Shown here: piece after piece, positions 12,868-25,998 of the stretch | Numbering within the stretch: position 1 is the first letter of the stretch | How the letters are laid out: the number at the start of each line of letters is the position of its first letter | NCBI GenBank assembly: GCA_032718475.1 | Contig: JAUCBJ010008236.1 | Coordinates: 1 to 58,623 of the forward strand | Direction: 5' to 3' | Length of the DNA: 58,623 nt | Source of the DNA: Nemertoderma westbladi | Lineage: Eukaryota > Animalia > Xenacoelomorpha | Program-made: the position numbers and the translations under genes | The notes under the pieces: generated by a model | The model's input: only the letters and a program-made list of their open reading frames with translations | What the model was told of the DNA's origin: nothing | Databases searched by the model: none

Positions 12868-13104
12868 AGATAGGGTGGGAAACTGGACGCAATAAAAATT
12901 CATCCCTCTCCAGGGGAAATTGGACGCAAATAACACATGATTACTCTCAAAACTGTAACCTGTTTTATTGTATTTAGTTTATTGTTTTGGTTAAAAAAAA
13001 ACGTGCCACTGTAACCTGCTCCTTTCCCTAAAATGAGAATTTAACATTGAGGCGGGATATTAATTCGCCAAGGCGGGTTTTGCGTCCAGTTTTCCCCCCT
13101 GTCT
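12868..13104. repeat. Small inverted-repeat element (MITE-like)
   Basis: AGATAGGGTGGGAAACTGGACGCAA versus TTGCGTCCAGTTTTCCCCCCTGTCT. Internal segment 12975-13035 is homologous (reverse) to 28755-28812. Confidence 0.5.
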
Positions 13105-14213
13105 CAAATTTTGTAATAGCTTCTTTTTCGATGTTTGTAACATAATATTCTAAACAAATATTTATACTCTAAAAATAAAAATAAATACCCTATACAACAT
13201 ATTTTTTTTTTTTTTTTTATTTTATATTTTTTTAACTTTACATGTTACAAAAATTAATTGCGCACCACCTACACTTTGTCACAATCTATTGATAAATTAG
13301 CTATTTAATTCGAATTAAATTAATTGTAAATATATCATATATCGTCGAAAAGGGTCTATAAAGCAGATGCCACCTATCTATAAAGTGATATCAAATTCTT
13401 AGTAGTAACACGGCGTGCACCATGAAATGACCTGAGATATATTTATCCTTACAAATACTTGCAAATGTTTGTAAAATATGTACTTGATATGAATAAACTA
13501 ACGACCACCATCTCCTTTAGATAAATATTTCGAACATTCAGCATATAAAATATAATATCCATTCTGACACTCAACCTAGAATTAAAAAAAATAAATAAAA
13601 GATTCCTTTAAAATACTACATGCAAAATGTACGCGTTGTATAGGTACTAGAATTAAAAAAAATAAATAAAAGATTCCTTGAAAATACTACATGCAAAATA
13701 CATGCAAAATGTACGCGTTGTATAGGTACATGGCATTCTATACGTATAGCTTTCTAGTTTATTTAGAAGGATTTAATGTTTCATTGCATGGAAGGCCTTC
13801 TTCAGATCAATGTAATGTAATGTAATGTTCATTTAGAAACCACCTATATGCCATTTTTGCCGAAATAAAGATTGCTGCATTTCTCTATGTTAAAATGTAT
13901 TCGGAATCCGATTAACACACTTAGAAGGCCATACTCCCACATATAACTGAGATATTTAACGTTTCAAAACCACCTACAGTATATGCCAGTTTTGCATAGA
14001 CAGCATGATAAATACATTTTTTTTAATACAACCTATATAATACATTTTACTATTAGAAATAGAGTAAGCCCGGGAAACGTTGATATAAAATTGGAAACAA
14101 TGAATAAGGAGCTAGAATTGTTGTTTATTATGATAGAGAGAGATTTGTTTTATATTTTTAAAACTTAATAATCGAATTTGTCTTAAAGGGTTTTATTTCT
14201 TTTTGAGTTATCA

Positions 14214-14318
14214 TATACATATAAGATACATATAAGATACATATAAGATACATATAAAATACATATAAGATACATATAAGATACATATAAGATACATATA
14301 AGATACATATAAGATACA
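14214..14318. repeat. 11-bp tandem repeat (GATACATATAA)n
   Basis: About 9 copies seen directly. Confidence 0.9.
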
Positions 14319-16500
14319 TTATCATTATATCGTGTATGAGCTTTCGAATTGTCAGTATTATTACCACAGCAACACTCGCAACAGGTTGTTATCTGTCACC
14401 TTAGTAAATTTGTAGAGACCCATCCCATACAATACTAATACCACCCCCCCCCCCCCCCCCCCCAGATAAAAAAAATTTAATGTCAATATTACAAAATGTT
14501 TGTTATATTAGTTGTTTATATTAGTTGTAGTGTTTGTTATATTTCACCCTAGATACTACTAGTCCCGTAATATTTATCCAATTTTTTTGAAACCAACTTT
14601 TTTGGACTCAGAACCTTCGAATCTACAAAAATTATCTAGCCCATTTTCAAAACTAAATTAATTTTTAACTAAATTCATTAATTAAAATTAATAAACTTAT
14701 TTAAAATTTTCAATAATATAAAAAAAAAATTTCGTTACAATGTAGGCATAAACTGCAACTCGTTGAGAACCATTGAGAACCAAACTACACTAGACTGCGC
14801 AAGACAGATAGATGCTGAGTGCTAAGATGACTGCATGGGTAGACCTATATACGAGTTGTCAGAATGTGTGTAGTGTAGTACTGTTGTAGTAGGCCTACTG
14901 CTACAGTCAGGCACAGCAATGTAGTACCGTACCTAATGATGTAATACAGTAATGTACCGGTCTGCCGGTAGGTAACAAGAGTCTGCTGCTCATATTTACA
15001 GACAGGCTGACAATCTGGCAGGAGCGGAAAAACAACAGGTATTGTTTTGTCCTAGGACTAAAATAACACTTTTCTTAGGTAGACTATCATTAGCAGAGTG
15101 TTGTTTTGTCCGGGAATAGTGTATAACAACCAATATTGTTGTTGGTTTGCTTATAGGCAGTGCAGGCATAACAAGTAACCAAATGATAGCCAAGAGTTTA
15201 GCCAATCAATGAAGGGCGCTGGAAAACCATATTGGTTAGATGTAATACAACAGGTTCTATAGGGAGATAGTATAGAACACATTAGTTTGGTAGGACAGCT
15301 GAGTTTGTGAGAGAGAGATGGGGGTGGGGTGTGGAGCGGCTGTGGGTAGTAGTTATTCACTTATTGTCAAAGGATTCGCTGGTCCACTAGGTATACAGTG
15401 CTTTAGATCCACAATATTTTTTTTGTCCGTTGAATTTACTCATTATGTCCGCGGATTTTGACTTTTTATGTCCGCGGAAAAGTTGCTACCGGTAATGCTG
15501 TGGACGAATTATACTGTATTATACTACATTAGATTTGGATTAGAGGAATGGTGGTTCTGAGTTATCAGCAATTGATTAATGTATCATAAGTAGTAATGAT
15601 TTGATTTAAGGGTAGTATTTTTATAAAAATATTTTGAAGAATTTGAAGATTGAGAGGTTGAGACCTGATTCAAATCCCAACTGAACGCATTAATATCTCG
15701 TCTCTGTTAAAACTAACAAAGGGATGAATTTTGATTTTTTGAATTAATTCATTATGTCCGGTGATTTTATCTTTTTATGTCCGCGGAAATTGCTACCGGT
15801 AATGCCGCTCTCTTAGGCTATTTGTATGGAGCAGTATATTGTAGGTATAAAGCCTTACAATTAATTATACTGTATTATACTACAATATATTTGGATTAGA
15901 GGAATAATGGTGGTTCTGTGTTAATCAACAATTTATTAATGTATCATAAGTAATAATGATTTGATTTTAAGGGATGTATTTTTATAAAAATATTATGAAG
16001 AATTAGAAAAATTTTAATTAATGAGGATGAATTGCGCCCACCACCCCCATATTTTTCATATTGTACTGTATTTGTAACCAAGTAACATAAATCGTGACCA
16101 AAGAGCCAGAACAAAACGTTGTGGGGTCTTCGAGCAGCACGTGTTTGTTCAATGACTGAGCAGCAACTAATTAACAAATTGATGAGAGATTCATTGACCA
16201 GCTACAGACAGATCAATATTGTGACATATATTTTAGTTTAATGTTTACTAATATTGGCAATTTTTTTTTAATTTTTGCTTTTTTAATTTTGAAAAACTAG
16301 CCCTATTGTTACTTGTAATATATATTTATTAATTAGTAAATTATATTACTATTTAAACTTCATAAGTAATGGTGATGTTTTATTTTATGTTAAAATAAGA
16401 GATCTGGAATTTTTTGTTCACTAATATTGGCTATTTTGTTTTTAATTTTGCTTTTTTAATTCCGAACAACTAGCCCTATTGTTACTTGTAATATATACTA

Positions 16501-19500
16501 ACACATATACATAACGTTGTTTAGGAGACACATATACATAACGTTGTTTAGGAGACACATATACATAACGTTGTTTAGGAGACATAGATACATAATGTTG
16601 TTTAGGAGACACATATACATAACGTTGTTTAGGAGACACATATACATAACGTTGTTTAGGAGACACATATACATAACGTTGTTTAGGAGACACATATACA
16701 AAACGTTGTTTAGGAGACACATATACATAACGTTGTTTAGGAGACACATAGACATAACGTTGTTTAGGAGACACATATACATAACGTTGTTTAGGAGACA
16801 CATATACATAACGTTGTTTAGGAGACACATAGACATAACGTTGTTTAGGAGACACATATACATAACGTTGTTTAGGAGACATAGATACATAATGTTGTTT
16901 AGGAGACACATATACATAACGTTGTTTAGGAGACACATATAATAACGTTGTTTAGGAGACACATAGACATAACGTTGTTTAGGAGACACATATACATAAC
17001 GTTGTTTAGGAGACACATATACATAACGTTGTTTAGGAGACATAGATACATAATGTTGTTTAGGAGACACATATACATAACGTTGTTTAGGAGACATAGA
17101 TACATAATGTTGTTTAGGAGACACATATACATAATGTTGTTTAGGAGACACATATACATAACGTTGTTTAGGAGACACATATACATAACGTTGTTTAGGA
17201 GACACATATACATAACGTTGTTTAGGAGACACATAGACATAACGTTGTTTAGGAGACACATATACATAACGTTGTTTAGGAGACATAGATACATAATGTT
17301 GTTTAGGAGACACATATACATAACGTTGTTTAGGAGACACATATACATAACGTTGTTTAGGAGACACATATACATAACGTTGTTTAGGAAACACATAGAT
17401 ATAACGTTGTTTAGGAGACACATATACATAACGTTGTTTAGGAGACACATATACATAACGTTGTTTAGGAGACATAGATACATAATGTTGTTTAGGAGAC
17501 ACATATACATAACGTTGTTTAGGAGACATAGATACATAATGTTGTTTAGGAGACACATATACATAATGTTGTTTAGGAGACACATATACATAACGTTGTT
17601 TAGGAGACACATATACATAACGTTGTTTAGGAGACACATATACATAACGTTGTTTAGGAGACACATAGACATAACGTTGTTTAGGAGACACATATACATA
17701 ACGTTGTTTAGGAGACATAGATACATAATGTTGTTTAGGAGACACATATACATAACGTTGTTTAGGAGACACATATACATAACGTTGTTTAGGAGACACA
17801 TAGACATAACGTTGTTTAGGAGACACATATACATAACGTTGTTTAGGAGACACATATACATAACGTTGTTTAGGAGACATAGATACATAATGTTGTTTAG
17901 GAGACACATATACATAACGTTGTTTAGGAGACATAGATACATAATGTTGTTTAGGAGACACATATACATAACGTTGTTTAGGAGACATAGATACATAATG
18001 TTGTTTAGGAGACACATATACATAACGTTGTTTAGGAGACATAGATACATAATGTTGTTTAGGAGACACATATACATAACGTTGTTTAGGAGACACATAT
18101 ACATAACGTTGTTTAGGAGACACATATACATAACATTGTTTAGGAGACACATATACATAACGTTGTTTAGGAGACACATATACATAACATTGTTTAGGAG
18201 ACACATATACATAACATTGTTAAGGAGACATATATACATAACGTTGTTTAGGAGACACATATACATAACGTTGTTTAGGAGACACATATACATAACGTTG
18301 TTTAGGAGACACATATACATAACGTTGTTTAGGAGACACATATACATAACATTGTTTAGGAGTCACATATACATAACATTGTTAAGGAGACATATATACA
18401 TTACGCTGTTTAGGAGACACATATACATAACATTGTTAAGGAGACATATATACATTACGCTGTTTAGGAGACACATATACATAACGTTGTTTAGGAGACA
18501 CATATACATAACGTTGTTTAGGAGACACATATACATAACATTGTTTAGGAGTCACATATACATAACATTGTTAAGGAGACATATATACATTACGCTGTTT
18601 AGGAGACACATATACATAACGTTGTTTAGGAGACACATATACATAACGTTGTTTAGGAGACATAGATACATAACGTTGTTTAGGAGACACATATACATAA
18701 CATTGTTAAGGAGACATATATACATTACGCTGTTTAGGAGACACATATACATAACATTGTTTAGGAGACACATATACATAACATTGTTAAGGAGACATAT
18801 ATACATAACGTTGTTTAGGAGACACATATACATAACGTTGTTTAGGAGACACATATACATAACGTTGTTTAGGAGACACATATACATAACGTTGTTTAGG
18901 AGACACATATACATAACATTGTTTAGGAGACACATATACATAACATTGTTAAGGAGACATATATACCTTACGCTGTTTAGGAGACACATATACATAACAT
19001 TGTTAAGGAGACATATATACATTACGCTGTTTAGGAGACACATATACATAACGTTGTTTAGGAGACACATATACATAACGTTGTTTAGGAGACACATATA
19101 CATAACATTGTTTAGGAGACACATATACATAACATTGTTAAGGAGACATATATACATTACGCTGTTTAGGAGACACATATACATAACGTTGTTTAGGAGA
19201 CACATATACATAACGTTGTTTAGGAGACATAGATACATAACGTTGTTTAGGAGACACATATACATAACATTGTTAAGGAGACATATATACATTACGCTGT
19301 TTAGGAGACACATATACATAACGTTGTTTAGGAGACATAGATACATAACGTTGTTTAGGAGACACATATACATAACGTTGTTTAGGAGACACATATACAT
19401 AACGTTGTTTAGGAGACACATAGACATAACGTTGTTTAGGAGACACATATACATAACGTTGTTTAGGAGACACATATACGTAACGTTATTTAGGAGACAG

Positions 19501-19553
19501 ACATACATAACGTTGTTTAGGAGACACATTAACGTTGTTTAGGAGACAGACAT
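16501..19553. repeat. 27-bp minisatellite (TTAGGAGACACATATACATAACGTTGT)n, ~113 copies
   Basis: Seen directly; the 9-aa periodicity of the overlapping ORFs confirms a 27-nt unit. Confidence 0.97.
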
Positions 19554-20514
19554 ATGCGTCAGATTATCTTCTCGTTTTGTATATGGCCTACTGGTAATTT
19601 ATGTGCTCTGCACTAATTATATAATTGTATATGAAGGGAGGGCTTGGTTTTACCAGCGGCTTTCAATGTCCTAATATTTATTTGTCCAATAATGTGTGTT
19701 ATAGACAGTAACAAGTGCCCAGCATTTGGGAGTATATGCCATCCAAGGTTTTGTGGACTCTGCAGGAACGCGATCTAAAGGAGGAGGACCCCTCAGCTTC
19801 CATGCAATATAATGAAATCACTTTGTATTACGGGGTTTTTAAATCGGATAATCGGAATTGTGACTGGACAACGACAGGATTTTCCATAAATGACGTCACT
19901 TAACGTCTCGTCATTACGTCAATACTTACAATTTGTCAAATAATATTTCGAAACTCACTATAAAACAGTTATAATAAAGCGTACCCGATCGATCCCCTTG
20001 CCAGCATGACGTCATGTATGGATTCTTTTGAAACGATGATATTCTTCACATAGGATTAGGATCATATTTCTTACACCCACCCCACATGCATTCTTAGATA
20101 AGTTATATTCCGTTGGCAGAGTTTGAAAACGAATCAGTTGTTGTGGTGAATTATGACAGCAATCATTATTATGACATTATAATCACTATTAATAGTATTA
20201 TGCAAACAAATCATTCTGATTGATTAACAATTATTAAATTGCATTTAATTAAAAATATATTCGAAAAAATGACGACCGAACGACGATGAGCGATATTCAT
20301 TATTCTGCCCTCATTGAGTTGGTAGGTTTATAGACGACAGTAGCGAGTGTTTAAATTCCAACGAGTACAAAACACAATACACCAAGGCAGAATATCTGAA
20401 TTTCGCTCTTTCTGAATTGCCAATTGGAAATGTATGATAGAAAGAAAGTACAGTTATAGTTATCCGTTGACTTCCTTTTTTCGAATAACTATTCCATTGT
20501 AACGTTACAGGAAA

Positions 20515-20910
20515 ATGAATGGCAATAATTATTAGCATTCAAGGCAATAAGTACCAGTATGAAAAAGTAGCACAATAATGAACTATTTGCAAGTAGGACT
20601 ACTAATTATAAAAGAAGATATCTACCTAATAATATATTGTGTAAAAATGTGATCAATAAACAATACACTGTATGTAAAACAATGTAAATAACTAATAAAA
20701 CAAAACGACAATTTGAATGGCAATAATTATTAGCATTCAAGGCAATAAGTACCAGTATGAAAAAGTAGCACAATAATGAACTATTTGCAAGTAGGACTAT
20801 TAATTATAAAAGAAGATATCTACCTAATAATATATTGTGTAAAAATGTGATATAACAATAAACAATACACTGTATGTAAAACAATGTAAATAACTAATAA
20901 AACAAAACGA
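20515..20910. repeat. Tandem duplication of ~197 bp
   Basis: TGAATGGCAATAATTATTAGCATTCAAGG...AAACAAAACGAC occurs twice, back to back. Confidence 0.9.
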
Positions 20911-21193
20911 CCAAGGAATATAAAACAAAACGACCAAGGAATATAAAACAAAACGACCAAGGAATATAAAACAAAACGACCAAGGAATATAAAACAAAAC
21001 GACCAAGGAATATAAAACAAAACGACCAAGGAATATAAAACAAAACGACCAAGGAATATAAAACAAAACGACCAAGGAATATAAAACAAAACGACCAAGG
21101 AATATAAAACAAAACGACCAAGGAATATAAAACAAAACGACCAAGGAATATAAAACAAAACGACCAAGGAATATAAAACAAAACGACCAAGGA
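20897..21193. repeat. 23-bp tandem repeat (ATATAAAACAAAACGACCAAGGA)n, ~13 near-perfect copies
   Basis: Seen directly. Confidence 0.95.
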
Positions 21194-21685
21194 CTCACCA
21201 AATGTAAATAAGTAATCCAAAATCCACAATAATTTCATGCATATAAATGCCCCCCCCCCCCCCCCCCCGGCCAATTGCCGTTAACGAATGGCCGAAATTC
21301 ATAAATTAGTATATCAAGCACTTTTTTCGACGATAATACACGTTTCTTATTGGAAACAGCTTGTCTGACATCTTGTTCTAAATATCTCCTAAATTTTTAT
21401 TTTTTTTGTAGCTTTATTAAAGTCAATAATCTCTTTAAGAGGAGATGGAATGGTTAATGACTATTATTTCTTATTGTAAATAAATCACTCCTAAATAATT
21501 GTAAACAATAAAAAAACACTTTAATGTAAATAACTAATAAAACAAAACGACCAAGGAAACAACAAACAACACAACTTTTAAACCTGAAAATTCTGCTTCA
21601 AAAAATATTAAGTAAATTTATCAAATTTATCATTTATTTATCAAAAATAATTGCAAATATAAATTCCCGTTTAATTAATAATTAA

Positions 21686-24613
21686 TTACCAATCACGGTT
21701 TTTCTGAGTTTTTTTCATGTCTCTAAATTTATCATATATCTGAAGAGGGGTTCTGCCTGGAAGACGCTGGGCCGCTTTACTTAAGTAGATTTCCTTCGTT
21801 TTTCCACCACGGAAAAACAGAACTCCATTAAGGAACGGACGTAATTCATCGATTAGTATATCAACTTCTTCTTTTGACCATAAGATACGTTTGTTATTGG
21901 AAACAGCTTTTCTCACACCTTCGTCTAAATTTCTTCTAATTTTCGGTTTCTTTTTCGTAGCTTTATTAAAGTCCATTTCTTTAAGAGGAGATGGAAGTAT
22001 CGAATAATCATTAGATGAGGTTAATGCCAACAGCTGCGATTGAAAACCGGTATCCATGGGAACGTTAACCAGCGGCTGGGATTGAGAAGTGGTAACCATG
22101 GGGACGTTAACCAGCGGCTGGGATTGAGAAGTGGTAACCATGGGGACGTTAACCAGCGGCTGGGATTGAGAAGTGGTAACCATGGGAACGTTAACCAGCG
22201 GCTGGGATTGAGAAGCAGTAACCATGGGAACGTAAACCAGCGGCTGGGATTGAGAAGTGGTAACCATGGGGACGTTAACCAGCGGCTGGGATTGAGAAGT
22301 GGTAACCATGGGGACGTTAACCAGCGGCTGGGATTGAGAAGTGGTAACCATGGGGACGTTAACCAGCGGCTGGGATTGAGAAGCAGTAACCATGGGAACG
22401 TAAACCAGCGGCTGGGATTGAGAAGTGGTAACCATGGGGACGTTAACCAGCGGCTGGGATTGAGAAGTGGTAACCATGGGGACGTTAACCAGCGGCTGGG
22501 ATTGAGAAGTGGTAACCATGGGGACGTTAACCAGCGGCTGGGATTGAGAAGCGGTAGCCATGGGGACGTTAACCAGCGGCTGGGATTGAGAAGCTGTGAC
22601 GCGAATTACACTCTCGCAAGTATCCAGAATCTTCTCAAAGTCCATCAAGTCACATTCTATATACGTTTGACCATCCACGTCTACTTGTGTATCACACTGA
22701 GGAATCTCAGAAACTATTTCTTTAAGCAAATTGTCTTCAGTCGAATCTACAGAGGCTTGAGATAACAGTACATCATTTTCCTTTGGAATGAGGTGTTCAT
22801 CACTATTTGAAGTAGTTGATGTAATATCACAAAAGTTCTCGATGATTTTGTATGCCTCCACAGCCTCAACCTCAGTATTAGCAGCAGCATAAACGCGGCG
22901 TTGTGTATTCATTGAATGCTTCATGTGATTTGAAATGCGTTGCTGCAAATTAGGATCAGTAACGCTACTTGTATGTTGATTGCAGGTAGAAATACAGTGT
23001 CTATTAGCAGTGGCAGTCATCGTGGATGATGAATTGGGACAGAGGATGTGCCATAACCGTTGGACTTGACGTGAAACATTATCCATTTCTTTTCCGAGAG
23101 TTGTCGTGAACACATTGTCGATAATTATTTTCTCTTTCGAGTATAAACCACGCCCATAGTAGCACCACTTCTTCAGGGCATAATATATCGCCCGACTCAT
23201 AACCAAATCCTGGCCTCCGAAAGTAGCAGAAGTCTTATGATGTGGAATTCTAATAATTGTCTTGTCAAACTCAATGTGCTTCCTCTTTTCAACATGTTGT
23301 ACTGTCATATCAGTAATATTGCAAGGTCTAACACCGTTTGGGAGCATTATCGCCGCCATTAGATACGCTTGCATTTGCCATAGGGCCCATGGTGAGTTAA
23401 CAGGGTAGTCCTCTGTCAGGTTATCTATAGCCGATAGGATAGCGCCGGATTCCTTAGACTTTATGAATTCGTCCACCTCTTTTTTAGACGGCATTGCATC
23501 TGTTGATTCTTTTAAGACCTGGTGCTGGTGCGATTTTAGATCCCGAGACAAACTGTTCTGAAGAGATTCAATTACTGCTTTTGCAGATACCACCATCTCA
23601 TGTGAAACTTTTCCACAAGATTCTGAAAAAATTAGACTGGTCTTTTGTAATGAAAAGTTCATGAATTTCAACAATTTGTGGCAATACACAGCAATGGATG
23701 AAACTTCACGAACCTTTGAACCACTATAAATCTTTTCTTCCTGTAAATCCATAAATGCTGTTTCAATTTTATCTCCATTAAACATTGATTCTATCGAAAA
23801 CCGTTCACTGAGGCGGTTTCGCATTAAATCATAAAAATGTGAAACACATTTAGCATAAAACTCTGCTTCCTTATTCGTTTTCCTGCGAACTATAAGGAAA
23901 TCCTTAAACGTAGAAATTAAAGGAATTTCTTCAACAATGTCATAAACTTTCTTCGAAGATTCTTCAACTAACAAGGATTTGTGTCTTGTCTCAGTATTTA
24001 AATACTTCAATCTAACATCATTGGTAACAAACTTTCCATGGCTGTCTTTTTTCTTGGTAGGAATACCATGGACTACGGTTAAATGATTTGCCAATCGCAC
24101 CGGACATTTAGGGCACAAAGGACACCTGCTAAATCTGTAAGATGATTTCTTCTTACATTGATCTTCATTTGCCATTTTGGCTGCAGTTAGTTCACGACAT
24201 TTTTGTGCAAAGTAATTGACATGCTGCTCCGTTTTCAGAATATTTTTATGAAGAGATCGTCCATGTCTCCATATATTTTGGCATCGTACTTCACAATACC
24301 AGCAATAAAATACCTTTGCAGGCCGTTTCTTATTGACTCCAGCTTCATTAGCAGCAACCAGTAGTTGTGGTACTCTTTCTGTTTCTGTTGTCAAGGGAAG
24401 ATCTGATAAGCTAGTCTTGGGGTCAAGATCCCAGTGAGAACATCCTTGCAAAGGAGTTGGTGGCACTATATTATCATCAAATGAATGGGATAAATTCTGA
24501 TTAGGAGTAGAGGTGCACCGATGAGGAGGGCGATAGTCAGTGTCTGAATCACAGTCAATTTCATTCTCACTACTGTTACTATCGGAACTTGTATCTAAAT
24601 CAATTCTAGACAT
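21686..24613 (-). CDS. Tyrosine recombinase-domain protein with two N-terminal C2H2-like fingers, an internal 14-aa repeat and a C-terminal Myb/SANT-like domain (~975 aa from the first ATG)
   Basis: YR catalytic order R (NGVRP), K (HHKT), xxxR (TATANRH), H (HMKHS), Y (QRRVY). Fingers CWYC..RHGRSLH and CPLC..NHLTVVH. Myb-like WSKEEVDIL...LPGRTPLQIYDKFR. The ORF-track start at 24643 is TTG; the first ATG is at 24613. Confidence 0.8.
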   Translation of the reverse strand: MSRIDLDTSSDSNSSENEIDCDSDTDYRPPHRCTSTPNQNLSHSFDDNIVPPTPLQGCSHWDLDPKTSLSDLPLTTETERVPQLLVAANEAGVNKKRPAKVFYCWYCEVRCQNIWRHGRSLHKNILKTEQHVNYFAQKCRELTAAKMANEDQCKKKSSYRFSRCPLCPKCPVRLANHLTVVHGIPTKKKDSHGKFVTNDVRLKYLNTETRHKSLLVEESSKKVYDIVEEIPLISTFKDFLIVRRKTNKEAEFYAKCVSHFYDLMRNRLSERFSIESMFNGDKIETAFMDLQEEKIYSGSKVREVSSIAVYCHKLLKFMNFSLQKTSLIFSESCGKVSHEMVVSAKAVIESLQNSLSRDLKSHQHQVLKESTDAMPSKKEVDEFIKSKESGAILSAIDNLTEDYPVNSPWALWQMQAYLMAAIMLPNGVRPCNITDMTVQHVEKRKHIEFDKTIIRIPHHKTSATFGGQDLVMSRAIYYALKKWCYYGRGLYSKEKIIIDNVFTTTLGKEMDNVSRQVQRLWHILCPNSSSTMTATANRHCISTCNQHTSSVTDPNLQQRISNHMKHSMNTQRRVYAAANTEVEAVEAYKIIENFCDITSTTSNSDEHLIPKENDVLLSQASVDSTEDNLLKEIVSEIPQCDTQVDVDGQTYIECDLMDFEKILDTCESVIRVTASQSQPLVNVPMATASQSQPLVNVPMVTTSQSQPLVNVPMVTTSQSQPLVNVPMVTTSQSQPLVYVPMVTASQSQPLVNVPMVTTSQSQPLVNVPMVTTSQSQPLVNVPMVTTSQSQPLVYVPMVTASQSQPLVNVPMVTTSQSQPLVNVPMVTTSQSQPLVNVPMVTTSQSQPLVNVPMDTGFQSQLLALTSSNDYSILPSPLKEMDFNKATKKKPKIRRNLDEGVRKAVSNNKRILWSKEEVDILIDELRPFLNGVLFFRGGKTKEIYLSKAAQRLPGRTPLQIYDKFRDMKKTQKNRDW
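22052..22593. repeat. 42-bp coding tandem repeat (VTTSQSQPLVNVPM), ~13 copies
   Basis: Unit CCATGGGGACGTTAACCAGCGGCTGGGATTGAGAAGTGGTAA, in frame within the YR ORF. Confidence 0.95.
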
Positions 24614-25998
24614 TAGCTGATTGTAGTCTTTCTTAGGATTCAATTCAAAATAAAGTTTATATATTATTAATAATTATAATGTGAGAATTCTTAATAACCC
24701 AGTATGATATTTATCTTCGGGTTCCCTAGAGACATACAGTTACAGATACTGAATATATTTCATGTCCTGTAATCTAGCACTTTATACGATTACGGAGAGA
24801 TATGTAAATAAATAACCTCCGTATTTTACGCCGGACACAATAGATCAGGGTTCCCGCGTATTAAGCTATCCACAAATGCTTGCAAAGGTAGAGTATATCG
24901 CTCCCTAATACCAAGATCATCTTCTATCAACTCCGTCATATCTGCTATCTGAGTTTATTAATATCAAATGAGTTTATGTTTAGGCGAGCGGGCGTCGCTG
25001 CCTACCTCTCTTTGCCCCCGGACAGTGGGATTCTCAGCGCCGATGTACCGTCGTCGCGGTGTTTACGCCAACATGTAGCAACAGCACGACAACGATAACC
25101 GGCACAAGTCACTCCACTGTCCGTCCCAAAGGCTTGGATCCACTTGAGGTTCTTTCTATAGGAGAGTTGGGTTACTTTCACAATACCTATATTATAATAA
25201 AATAATATATTCATAATATAATATATATAATAGATATATTCATATTTCAGTACCGGTAAGTATTCTGTGTCATATGGATGTACAGTATGTAGGCCTATGT
25301 GATTTATTGACACAATACAGCAATATGATATCCAAGTTTGACAAACAGACAACTGACAAACAAAAATTACTTAACGAGGTCCTAATAACGGTACCCACTG
25401 TACTTGACAGATAACAAGAAAATAGGCCTAAATTTCGATAATATAAGACAAGCGAAACAAACAGGGGCGTAAGAACAAATGCTGACGGATTCTGTGAACG
25501 TTACAAATAACATATAGGGGGGGGGGGGGGGTATTCGTGCACGATATTCGTGTCGTGCAGGAAAAACTGGTCTAGAAAAATTAATTTATTGCTTGAAGGG
25601 ATTCCTGTTGGTTAGATTAATTTTAAATTACATAGTTTATGCAATTTAATTTAAATTTAGCCAATAATTATGTTACAAATGATTAAGGCTGCAGTGTGCC
25701 CCCCGGAGTTCAAATGAAAGATTTATAAATTTCGAAAATGGTTAAAGGCGGCAGTGTGCCGCCTTTGAGGGTAGGATAAGTAATAATTATTGTTATCCTC
25801 TTTATATATAACAACAAAATAAACCTTGGTACGATCAAATATACTTTCTTGGAAGTTAAAATCTTTATCTTTATTTTTGGTACACAAAGGGCTACACTTA
25901 TTTTCTTAAAATTTAATAATAGTTTGAGTAGGTTCTCGAGAATTTCGTTGCCATATTCGTAAACATGACGATTGTAATGTTGTGATAGACATAAGAGC

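Noticed and set aside
16442-19542. Long ORFs of 141-864 aa on both strands
   Set aside because: Translations of a 27-bp minisatellite that lacks stops in several frames.
16501-19553. CRISPR-like array (also the 23-, 34- and 42-bp arrays)
   Set aside because: Head-to-tail repeats with no unique spacers, no cas genes, eukaryotic context.
19703-19777. Cys-rich candidate terminal exon (SNKCPAFGSICHPRFCGLCRNAI*)
   Set aside because: Too short, with no supporting upstream exons identified.
20820-21274. Three hydrophobic minus-strand ORFs
   Set aside because: Produced by the 23-bp tandem repeat.
22040-22765. 241-aa plus-strand repeat ORF
   Set aside because: Antisense shadow of the 42-bp repeat in the YR gene; non-ATG start.
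24826-25190. Possible upstream exons or a small gene before the YR ORF
   Set aside because: Splice-like sites exist, but I could not join them into a consistent open frame.
25683-25770. Kolobok-like ends TTAA-(A)GGC(T/G)GCAGTGTGCC
   Set aside because: Two similar starts in the same orientation, but no matching opposite terminus was found.
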